This document shows, piece after piece, positions 25,486 through 38,500 of a stretch of 64,000 nucleotides of DNA. How positions within the stretch are numbered: position 1 is the first letter of the stretch; every line of letters starts with the position of its first letter. Below the pieces are notes generated by a model. It ran no database searches. It was not told the DNA's origin and was given only the letters and a program-made list of their open reading frames with translations. Source of the stretch: Octopus bimaculoides. Its lineage: Eukaryota. The DNA lies in the NCBI RefSeq assembly GCF_001194135.2, contig NC_069001.1, positions 3,431,966-3,495,965 on the forward strand. The letters are read 5' to 3'. The position numbers and the translations under genes are program-made.

Positions 25486-26460
25486 TTGTGGGGTTTTGTA
25501 TTAAAATTATTTAAATGTTGCTTCAATGAAGGCTTAGGTGTATGATTTCAGATGGATGGAATCAGAAAACATTTTGTATTGAAACACAGTGAAGGGTGGT
25601 TTCAACACTGTAGTAATGCTTTTACTGTTGGGAGCAGCTATATTTTGATGATGTAAATAATTTATTCATCATCATCATCAATTAACTTCAATCTAAAATG
25701 CTTACATTTAGCAGAAAAATCCTATACTAATTAGGCATGCCAGAATTTCTAAAAAGGCAATGAAAAAATGAACCAAAGACAAAAATACAACTTCCATAAG
25801 CACTGATGGTCAAAGAGATATCACACAGGCTAGCAATGTTCTCAGTGGGATAAACCAAGTCAATAGACTTTCAGGAGATTGAGATATATCCTGGCCAGAA
25901 AGACAAAAATATTGATTAAATTAGCAATACTCACACCATATACTTTTATACATTTGTGGGATTTAGGTTATAAACTTGAGTAATAACAAAACCATAGACT
26001 TAAAACTTCCAATACCACAGCAGAATGCATTTGTATGTACATTCTTCTGTGAGAAATCTTATATTGTTAAATTGATTTTTCTTTTTTTTAAAGAAAGAAA
26101 GAAAACAAAATTCAACAGGAATAAAAAAGATAACTAATAAAACAAAACCAAAATCAAAGTAAAATTTTCAAAATAGATACAAAATCCGCATCCTCAAAAC
26201 TTGTTGCTATATATTGCGATAAATTGTATTTATTTAATTTTGCCTTCCCTGCAGCAACAAGTTGGTCGAAATGGGACATTGATTACTTTTAAAAAATCTA
26301 TAGAACAAATCTATAGAACAATACAGCATTGCTCTGCTTGAATGAGACTTGCATTCCAGCCACTCCTTTGGGAGTCTCTATGTGGTTGTTTGACCAATTA
26401 GAATTAACAGCCAAATTTTCCTCAAATCCCTCTTTACCATGTTAAATAAGGAAAGGTTAT

Positions 26461-26998
<538 letters not shown>

Positions 26999-27981
26999 AG
27001 ATCATAAGAATTCTCTTCTATAAGAAAGGAAGGAGGTGATGTGCTGAATGTTGTATGCAAATAATTCTAAATGCATTGAAATTTATTTCTTATTTGGAGA
27101 AAGAAAACAAAACCTTGCAGGAAAAATTAGTGACTCTTAAAACAAAAAAAGGAAACAGTCACAAAAGATTAACACCTAATTTCATAGAAAATTATTTATT
27201 TTCATGCTTATAGGAAAAAAAACAAACTGATCTTTGGTTATCAAACATGGTGACATACAGACATACTGCAGTCTTATCAAATTTCATCAGCAAAGCATAG
27301 TAGTCTCAAACTGGGATGGTTAGGATGCATTTGGTTATAAATCTGGTCAATCAGAGTTGACCTGGGACTCAAGGACACCACCAACAACATCGAAATTTTA
27401 CACAAATACAGTAAAATGTTTCACAATGACTCCTACTGTGTGAGTTGTGTTGTATGTGTATGTCTATTACTGTTTAAGTCACACATCAGTTCTGATTCTG
27501 AAAATCTTTTTGATCAAAGACATTCCAGCCAAAGTCATTCTGTCTTTTAGCCAAACATGAATTACCTAAGACTACATGACTACATTATCTATTGTGTTCT
27601 TCGTTCTTTTCTTAAGGTGTGATTTGAGCAAGATTTAGCTTCTTTTTCTAGTAGGTCAAGCAGCTATGTCGATGCTCTCTTGTATGCATGTGGTGTATGT
27701 ATGTCATTAAGTATTATAGAGCAGCTATTTCTTGTTTTGGTTATTCCATGAAAATATTGGAAACCTGTCGTAATTTCGTTATTTTTTATTTTATTTGTTT
27801 TTTTGCCTTCAACTTCAGAGAACAAAAATAAATAAATAAATAAATAAAACAAAAAGTCAACACCAGCAAAAACAAGTGTGAAAGTCTGAATATATGCATC
27901 CATGTGTTACTGCAATATTTGTGATATCATTTGTATGTTTTTCACACTCATATGTGGTCTAATACGTGTGTGTGTGTGTGC

Positions 27982-28012
<31 letters not shown>

Positions 28013-28020
28013 TGTGTGTG

Positions 28021-28051
<31 letters not shown>

Positions 28052-28950
28052 ACAATGTTTGCACAGCTCTACCTGATGAGGAAACAAATACAACAACAGA
28101 TTGTCACTCATTATTCTTAAGATAGAGAAGCAAAGATGTGAGTATACATAAGATTAAGATGATAACGATGATGATAGTGGTGGTGGTCACGATGATGATG
28201 ATAAGGGAGGGTGGAAGGGCAGAAGAGTGAAATCTATATAACCCCATGAAGGAACAAGGATGCTGATCTTTTCAGTGGAAAACGGTTTGAAAGCAATGTG
28301 ATAATTTTGATATCAAATTGTATTATTGTTTGCTTTGTATTCCAAACTGACAGTAGAATGTAGGGGTGTGGGACAGAGAGAAGGAGGGAGATGGTTGTTG
28401 GTGTGTAGGGGGGGGTGTTAGATGAAGATGCTTCTGTGAATATGTTATGCAGCAATAATATCAACCAATGCTGCACACCACAGTGTTGGTGGTGATGGGT
28501 AGAGGTAGGAGATAGAATGGTAAGTTCTAGCTATTTAATCATTCTATAGAGAGAAATACACAACACTCTAAGAACAGAGGCGCAAACATAATAATACATA
28601 CATTACATATATACATTCCATACATACATACACAAAAGCACATAAAACCCAATAAATCATATATACAAACATATGTTACATACATATGTACATACACACA
28701 AATTCAGTTACACCTGCACACATGATTGACTAAAACACACACACACACACACACACACCACCACCACCACCACCAGTACAAATAGTAATGCATAAACATC
28801 AGTTCATAACACTTATGCAGACACACTCAAAACCACATACACATAACTCATAACCACACACAGCAACATATAAACATAGCTACACTTGTACAAATAGATT
28901 TACCAACATGTAGCTAGCCAGATAGTTAGCAACCATACCATACACCACCA

Positions 28951-28996
<46 letters not shown>

Positions 28997-30629
28997 GTTC
29001 GGCTCTTGAAACAAGAGACAGCATCAGTGCAGCCAGATGGAATACTGGCTTTTGTGACCAATATCAACAACAACAGCTAACTGACTAGAAAGAGGGAGAA
29101 AAAAAGAGACTGTATGAGATAGACAGAGAGAAGAGAGTGAGGGAAAGCAACCCAGTGGATCTGTTAGCTGGCAGTAACAGCTTCAACCAATCATGAGAAA
29201 ATAAAACATAAGAGAAATATACAAACCCATCTCTATTTTAACAATACAAAGAGTGATGAACAGTGTGTGTGTGTATAAAAATCATATTTATATAACAGTG
29301 CAGCTAGTTAGGATTTCTATTTGTATTTTGTCATTTCTAGATTTTGTCATTTTTATTTTCAATCTTATCATTTTTACACCCATTTTCCCATGCTTGCATG
29401 GATTGGCTAGGTCTTAGTCTCACCTCCTGTTGCAGTACCTCATCATCTGCTACACACAATAACAGAGGAAATTACCTTTTTTTGTGGTTTTTGTTGGGGG
29501 TTTTTTCTGATATGGCTTTTTTTACAGCTGCATGCTCTTCCTAGGACCAACCATTTCACTGCATGAACTGAGTATAACTTATCATGCTACACTGGCACTA
29601 GAAAGGTTTTCTGTGGCAGAACTAAAGTGTTAGCTGCTTAGTTGTTATTCACAGTTACTGCTCTCCTAGTAGGGTTGGGTTGCCTGCATTGCAACTTGTT
29701 TAGTCCCCATTTCTTTTATTTATTTCAGTCATTGGACTGTGACCATGCTGGGGTACCATCTTCAAGGTTCTTTTAGTCAATCACATCAACTCTAGTATAT
29801 ATTTTTAAGCCTAGTGTTTATTCAATTAAATTCTATTTGGTGAACACCTAAGTTATGGGACATAAGCAGAGGTACAGGTATACACACACACACACACACA
29901 ATCTTAATAATTGTATTGACAATGAGGTACAGGGATGGCTCCACCACTTTTAACAACCCGTGTTGGTTTGTTTACATCCCCATAACTTAGGAGTTCAGCA
30001 AAAGAGTGTGGCAGAAGAAGTACCAGGCTTAAAAAAAAAATAAACACCAGGGTTGATTCTTCAAGGCAGTTCCACACACACATATATAGATATCTGCACA
30101 CATGCATGTATATACTACATACATGTATATGCATATATATATATGCATGCATATACTCATGCATACACATACATATATGTTTTATAGGACAATTTATGAA
30201 CAATACCATTGTTGTTTACAGGTTTCCCATGAACCAATTATTGGTTCACTACATTTCTGATGATAAGAATGACAAGGGAGTGTCTAACTTGATTCAAGAA
30301 ACTTCATTAGTAAAGCACTGGCTTTCCGGGTTTTCTTTCCAATGCTTGTATCTTAATGGTAAATCAGCTAGTTGGCTGATTTAACATAACCAGTCTGCAT
30401 AAGCCAGAGCCCCTCCTTTCCAGTGTTGGCATTTGAAAAATAACTGATTAGTTATTTTGATCAGTACAGACAAAGCTAGCTTGCTTTCCATCTTCTTAAT
30501 AATGGATTTTTAAATCCAAAACAAGGTAAAAAAAAAAAAAAAAGTCAGTGTTCTTGTTTTGCTCTCTGTTAACTCATTCTTCCCAAACTTGCATTGCAGT
30601 GGCTTTCTGGAAAAACACACACACACTTA

Positions 30630-30795
30630 GATAAAAGGCTTCTACTTAGTGTCCATCTACTAGATGCCACCGATAAGGTATTGGTCAACCCAAGATTATA
30701 TTAGTAGAGACTTGCCCAAAGTACTCTGCAGTCAGATCAAACTCAAAACCATGTGTTTGTAAAGTAAATACCTTAACCATACAGCATACTTGCAC
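30630..30795 (-). mobile_element. Diverged SINE family A head
   Basis: gacttgcccaaagtactctgcagtcagatcaaactcaaaaccatgtg...taaccatacagc is the reverse complement of the head and CORE region. Confidence 0.6.
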
Positions 30796-33016
30796 TCATA
30801 ACTGCTAGGTCATTTTGCCAGTGTAAATCATCTCACTGTTATTAATTATACCAGTGAACAGGGAGAACACAGACATGGCAAATATGAAAATCAAATCCCT
30901 ATGGAGAGAAAGCTTTACACCTGTCAACAGTATATGCATGCAGACACACACACATACACACACACACATGAAACTATAAAATGTTACTCACATACTCAAC
31001 TGTGAATCTACTGCATCTTAAAGCAGAAACTGCTGTAAGCTAATGAAGCTCATAAAATAATCATTCATTCCTTTGTCATCTTTTTCTTATTACCACTCTG
31101 TACTTGACTAATGCTTCATTTTGAACCATGTCTACACTGAGTTATACACTAGGTCATTAGTCTCAGAATGAATGAATGAATGCATGCATGCAACTGTGGC
31201 TATATGGTCAAGAAGCTTTCTTCCAACTATGCAGTTTTGGGTCAGTTCCATTGCACAACCTCAGGCAAGTGTCAGGCTGACCTAAGCCCTGAAAATTGAT
31301 TTTGTAGGCAGATGTTCTTCCTGTATTCAACCCTTTTAGTTAATTCTTATGACATGCAATAATGATGATGGTGATGATGATGATGATGATGATGATAATG
31401 GCCATCAGGGCCCATACATACAATACAAAATGCACCATACAAAAGAGTTGCAAAACCAAGGAATAGACATATGTATAATAAATTGTAGGGTGGGGAGATA
31501 ACACAATATGTTATGCAAAGTTAAAAATTTGACACACAAAACAAATACAAAAGTAAGAAGTTAACACCTAAATAGTGTAATGGCATCCTATGGCTAATTA
31601 CCTCCCATTCTGATCACTTTCAATAAAGTGGGTGCCTCAAAATTACTCTTGAGCGTTTTTGGCTAGAGTTGAACTGAAGAGCCCCACATCCGCAAGGCTG
31701 TAATCTTTCAACTGTTGATAGACCACTCACTTGGTCTTCAACAACTATTTATTATCTTGTAATCATCTCCATTTCCTCATCAATCAAAATGGTTTTTAAT
31801 TGGTTTTCTTTTACAGACAGTATCAAAATCAAATAATAGGGGTACTTAAAAGTAAGGCTTCATGTGAGAGTGGGTACTCCTTCATGAATGAACATCCATC
31901 CTTTTGCTTGCCCCTAGTCATGGATCACATTCTCTTTTTCTTACTGCCTCCAACAACTTCCCACCCTTTTGCTTTTTTGTTGCATCTACCTCCCCATCAT
32001 TCCAAGATGATATTACTGCTGCACACAGCCTCTGGTCAGTCCTGTGCTGGAGGGGAGACCTTGGCTTCTCAGTTGTCAGCCTTTGTACGTGTAGCACTGA
32101 GGATGAGGCAATTTCATTTCATTCCATTCTGGCTATACTTAGAGCTATGACTGGAAACAATGGTAACAATAGTCATATTTTTCACCTCAAAGCCTACTGT
32201 TATTGATGCTACATGAAATGCTCTCATTTTTGCTCCTTTTGTATCCCACATGTAGCAACTGAACCTTCTGCCCTGCACCTCCAATCTGATTTACCTTTGC
32301 TCCACTCACTAAAAGGGATACAGTTCTGGGATAGCTTTCTGATTTATTTGGCTCATTAGTTACAATCATTCCAGTGTTTATCATATATACATACTATTGT
32401 GCAAAAGTCACAAGGAAGCCATGGTTCAATGTCAGTGCCAATATCCCTGGCTCTTCATATTTTGGATCCCCATATTCTGAGATCCATGCACTATACAAGT
32501 AACTCCTTTTGATTCACATTTGCAAAAGATAGAATATTGTTATTGTTGTTATCAACACTGCTTATCCCTTACCTACTCAATGTTACCAACACTATTTTTC
32601 TTGTGTCTTCTATTGAACAACTGCAAGTGTTTAGATTGAAGTTCCATGTCCTTTGAGATTTTCATAATTGCTTTTGAAATGCTTTTTTTATATTTTTTTC
32701 AATTAAAAATAATTTGAGGATATGCTTGCTTATATTATTAAGGTTGTTGCTGCCACCACTGTGGTGAGAACCTCTTGCTCTTTAACTTGAGGTGCATCTT
32801 GCAATGTATGTAAATACTGCAAAAGGCCATTTGCCAAAATTATAAAAAAGTTAAAAACATCAAAGACAAAACCCTCCTCCATACCAAACAACTTGAAAGC
32901 ACTTGGCTAGCAAAAGTGGAACAAAAAAATCCTTTTTCATAAGGTAATCTGGTCAAAAGTTACACTTTTGTGGAGCTCCAACACAGATGTCTGCTCCCCT
33001 CAACATAGTGATAATA

Positions 33017-33077
<61 letters not shown>

Positions 33078-33513
33078 TTTTTCTAGCACTGAACTGAAAA
33101 TCCAGGTCGGAACATGCATGTACTATTTCTTGGAATCAGCTTTGGTCAGCAGACCAACAACAAAAAGGATGATAATAAAGGCAACTTGAAAATCAGAATA
33201 ATCAAGACTAAAAACTGATCAAAGATTAAAGGTCAAGCAGAAATAAAGAAAATATTGAGTTGCAGCAAAAAAAAAAAAAAAAAATCAATTGATAATTTTT
33301 TTTGATAACGTTTTCTTTTGGGAAAATGGGATGGGAGAGAGACTGACGGCAGGATTAATATTTTATTGAAATTCTTTTTTTGTTGAAAAACATAATACAA
33401 CAGGTTAAAAACAGTTAGAAAGATGGTTTTAGTACTTAGCTAATACTGACTGATGAACTTATTTGTTTCTAAATCATGCAGCAGCAGTAGCAGTAACAAC
33501 AGCAGCAGTTGTA

Positions 33514-33568
<55 letters not shown>

Positions 33569-36500
33569 TAATAATAATAATAGTTGAAGGAGGCGCTATA
33601 CAGATAAGGAGGAGGGTAGCAAGCATCTACACCCACATAGAAAGAGATGTATTACGAGACCATTCTTTGTAGAATGCAGAAGGAACTTACCGGTTTTGTG
33701 CACACAGGTTTTCTTTCCATTTTATTCTGTTAGTAGAGAGAATTGGAGTCACAAATCAGATGTCAGTAGTTGGTGCCTACTGAGAAGTCTAAGAGTCTAA
33801 GTATAGCTTCAACAAGGTAAAGAAGGAATTAATAGCTCATGGTAAAACATGATAGAGGAACCAAGTCATTTTAGAACTGTTAAGACGGTAGAAGTTAAGA
33901 CTTCCTATTGAAATAGAAGCCAAGACAGTACTGTTACAAGTTGCTCAGACAAGACAATCAGTGAGAGCAATTTGAACAAGAGTACGATATTTCAAATAAA
34001 AGAAGAGAAAATAAATAAAAAGAAGAAAAGAATGAGACAATCATGTAATCCCTTGCAATGTAAACAGTCTTTAAAAAGAAAAAAAGGATTTGGAAATTCT
34101 TATATTCCAGGTAAGTGCAGTGGATATAGAGGTGCAGAAGTTGTCACAACAATATACAAGTAGAACAAATCAAAGCATTTTAACAGATTGACTTCTCACA
34201 GGATAAGAGATGGAAAATTATGACAACCACATAGCTTACATGCAGGTTTCATGATCTAATTTAATGCTGAGCAGAGAGAAAAAGAAAGTTTCTTTTGTTT
34301 GTTTGTTAAAATTTAATTAAAACAGAAGTTTTAAAGTCTCATATAAAATTATACATTTGAAAGAATGTAATCTGAAACTACATGAAAGAAGAGATTAGTT
34401 ATGATTATTAAAAATAAGCTCTGTTGAAATATGGAAGTAATAGGATTCTAGGCAATAACATAATTGATGTGTAGCAATTGTTGTGGTAAGCAAAATGGTT
34501 GTTATTGACTGTTACCATTATTTATATTACAACCACTGACTCTGGCCTCAATGCAAGGCATAAAACTGTGTGGTTGTCTCAGTTTGTCCAAGCTGACAAC
34601 AGTCTCCATTTTTTTCTTTATGGTTGAAAAATAAAGTAAGTGGTAGGAAAGGCATATCCAACTGTAAAACCAACAATCCTACACATACGTGAATGGGACA
34701 TTAAATGAGAGAAAGAGAGAGAAGAGGGCAGACAGGCAATGAACAAGTGACTGAATTTCCTAGCATTATGAAGCCACAGTCACCTCACCTCTTCAGTAAC
34801 AAAAAAAAAAAAATGTTTGTTGGTTTCATCTCAGTTCTATATCTCATAGTTCAAATACATTCATGGATATAGACATTGTTCCTTATTTTTATAATCGTTG
34901 TGTCTGAGGAAGAAATATATTGTGCGTAGACCCAGAGGCTCGGGTGGGAAGAGGAGCATAAGAAAACTTTCATTAATAGAAGTGGAAGACAGGCTGGAGT
35001 AATAAGTTATATGCAAAAGACAGACTAACTAGTTTAAAGGATTTCATTCATGAGTATAGAGAATTGTGTCATCTGAACATGAATAAATGGTGTCAGAGGT
35101 GATAAATGTTGAGGAGACAACAGTTCCTTAGATGATGGAGACAAAACCAATATAGTACAGATAATGAAGTTTTTTTTTTTAAAACAAGTTATTAGTTTTT
35201 TGTGTAATCAACAGAAAGAAGATTTTTCAAAGGTTTTTCTCATACATTTTGTGCAACAGCTTTAGTTTATTCTCTCTAGAGAAGAGTTTGGAATGTCAAA
35301 TTCAATTACTGTGAGAAGTAGAAAGTCTAATGTCTTGGCTCTTGCTTTCCAACATAGTAATTGGATTTAGCTAGCCTTCCATAAACTCTCCCTTTGATTT
35401 ATCACTGCTGACACACACTCCGATCAATTTTATTTGGTTCTGGACTTCACCCTATTCTCTCTATAGTTACAGATTATTTCTGTAAAGATGACCAATGGAT
35501 CTGGCTTAGTTGTCCACAATATTATCATCTCTTGTGATAATAGCAGTATGGTAGTTTTCAACTGATCTTATGCATAGATGGGATTTACTTCATTGCTTGT
35601 GATGTTGCCTCTGCACAATAAAGGAAAAATCTACATGATCACCTGACTTGCTAAAATTAGCTGCTAAATTTCCTTCAAATGACAACCTACTATTTTAAAA
35701 ATTAATAAAAGATGTGATGGTCACAACTGGAACATCCTTAAAGTTGACCTGGAAATAAAGAACAAGTGTGGTAGTTGGAGAAGCTAAAAAAGTATTTTAC
35801 AGAGAGATAAAGAATATTGCAACATGATTCCAAGATTCTAAATAGCTACCTGCAAAAACACAGTTACTGTAAAACTTCATAGGAGAAGTCAATAACTACC
35901 CACAAAAATGCAGACATTGCAACACTTCAGGACAGAAAGCAATTCTGAGGTAGATCATTTGACGGTAGCTGCTAGGATGTCACCTGATCTTTGCAGTTTA
36001 GGCGATCTCATAACCCTAATTACTTCAATCTAGCTCACAAAAATACCATGCCTGCCTTGCAGTTGAGAGATTGCCGTTAAGAAAATCAGTATATTATATG
36101 AATTCAAATATTCAAAATAACTAAATTAACCATTCAGTGGATATTAAGGAGAGATGAAAACACAAAGTTATGCCTACATCTAAGAAGCTTGTTCACAAGC
36201 ACGTTCCCAGGATTCAATGTCACTACATGGCATGTTAAGAAAGTATTTCCTACTATTGTAGACTCAGGTTGATTAATGCTTCATGAGCAGGATTCTATAG
36301 ATGGAAACAATCCAGAACCCTTGTGTGTGTGTGTGTGTGTCTGGGTAAAATGGTACATCATATTTTGTCACTTTGCATCAAAATGCAAGTTAGCCATTCA
36401 ATAAAAAGAGATTGATAAAATAAGTACCACAGTAACCAGAAGATAGAAATATTTTATCGATTAAAACCCTTGAAGTTGGTTTCCCTGCATGGACACAGTC

Positions 36501-37195
36501 CACTGAATGAAACCAGTAAAATATATATATAGAAAAATAAAAATGCAAAGGCATTACAAAAAATATACAGTAATATTTTTATAAGATAGTACAATATTTT
36601 TATAACACGGTTCAATATTTTCATAGCACAACATACTGCAACATCTCAATATTTCATTTGTTGTATTCCCTAAAATGACCATCTCTGCTATCAAGAACTT
36701 TTAAGAGACTTTATTTCTCTATAACAGTGTGTTAATGAAAGCCACATAGCTACTTTATCATTTCAGAAAGAAGATTTTTCAGTTGTAATGAAAATGCTTC
36801 CTTCTCATTCGCTCTTTCTATAGCATATAACAGTTAGGTGATATTGTAAGCAATAACACTAAAGAATTCCATCATTAGACCAAACCGAATGTTGAAACTG
36901 TTACTTTGCATGAGACAGCCTACTTATGGTTGGTAGAGGGTGTCTTCTTAAAATAAGAATCAGAAGGAATGTATGTAGGGGGAGGGGCAGGGATACAAAT
37001 GTAGTTTCAGATACACAGTTCTTCTAAAGTGACATAAAATTCAAGTTCAACTGAATAGAATTTTTCAAGATTCTCTCTCTCTCTCTCTGTTAGTTCCCTT
37101 CTCTTTATCCCAGTCTACTCTAGCTCATCTCCCCAATCTCATTCCTGTCCTTTCTCTTGGCATCTCCCCCCCCACACACACACACACTCACTCAC

Positions 37196-37248
<53 letters not shown>

Positions 37249-38004
37249 CTGTTTATTCCAAATTCCTTTCCATTACCATTCAGATATATTCAGTTTGTCT
37301 TTGTCAAGGACATCAATTACATAGGTCAATCATCATCAACAGCAGCTTACACTTGTTTTAAACACAATTACAGATGCACCACCATTTTGTGAATTACAGA
37401 ATTTATGTAGCATTGTTCCATCATTGTGTCTTTCAAAGTCAACAATGTCTGGGGTCGCTGTTCCTCACAAAATTACTGTGGGTCATATGAGTTTACAATT
37501 TTCCTTAAAATGCAAGCAATATGAAAAATATTTTGGGGGAAATTATGATGTGTTACATTGATTTCAGAGGAAGTATGGTAGCTAACACGAATACAGTTAC
37601 CATGACAAAAAGAAAATGCCTGACATTGCAGGCTAACACAGTTCACTGAGGAAAACAAAAGAACAGAGAACTTTCTCTTCTCTTCCTCAATAAAAGATCT
37701 AAACCTGAAACAGTGGACATTTTTTTTTTCCTTTCCTTGTGGCAACTACATTTATTGTAATTCCTACACTTCCTTTTGGATAATTTGTTACTGATGCAGG
37801 CCATCAGGGTTTTCTTCTGATTTTAGACTTCACATTGATTTGACCTAATAGAAGTTATATATTTACCTTGTTGGTTAATTGGTTCAGAAGAACTACTGAT
37901 TACATGATGGCAAGTTGAAATCATACAACAGCTGTTTTTTTTTTTTGTTAGCTTTGTTTTGCATTTGGTTGAAAGCTTTGCCTACTTTGAAGTGTCAAGC
38001 TGAC

Positions 38005-38500
38005 ATCATATTCCCTCCCTTACTTCATTGTTCAGCTTTTAGTAATGGGAAGGACAGCGTAAACAACATATTCCACCCTTACTTCACAGTTGAGTTGTGA
38101 TCAGTGCAAAAGACAGTATAAATGTCACATTTCACTCCTTACTTCAGAGTTAGCAGAGGAAAAGACAATATGAACAACATAGTCCACCTGCTACTTCACA
38201 GTTCAATAGTTAATAATGGGAAAGAAAATATAAACTGTTTCACAAAATGTAAACAGCAGATTCCACCCCTACTTCACATTTGGGCTGTTAGTAGTGCAAG
38301 GGACAGTATAAACAGCAGATTCCACCTCTTACTTCACAGTTGACTTGTTAGCAGTGGAAAGGACAGTATAAACAGCAGGTTCCACCCCTACTTCAAGTTG
38401 GGTTGTTTGCAGTGGGAAAGTTAGTATCAACAGCAGATTCCACATTCTACTTCACAGTTGAGTAGATAACAGTAGGAAAAACTGTATAAACAATTAGTCC
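38005..38500. repeat. Degenerate minisatellite, ~60 bp unit, about 8 copies
   Basis: The core ttccacccttacttcacag recurs at about 38011, 38071, 38130, 38182, 38261, 38320, 38380 and 38438. Confidence 0.85.

Noticed and set aside
31400-32400. More GC-balanced ~1 kb stretch with several 65-116 aa ORFs
   Set aside because: I could not recognise any protein motif or splice structure. It is probably old TE debris but cannot be classified by eye.
38005-38500. CRISPR-like look (conserved block plus variable linker at ~60 bp period)
   Set aside because: The linkers are homologous to each other rather than unique spacers, the repeats are degenerate, there are no cas genes, and the context is a eukaryotic intron. 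It is a minisatellite.
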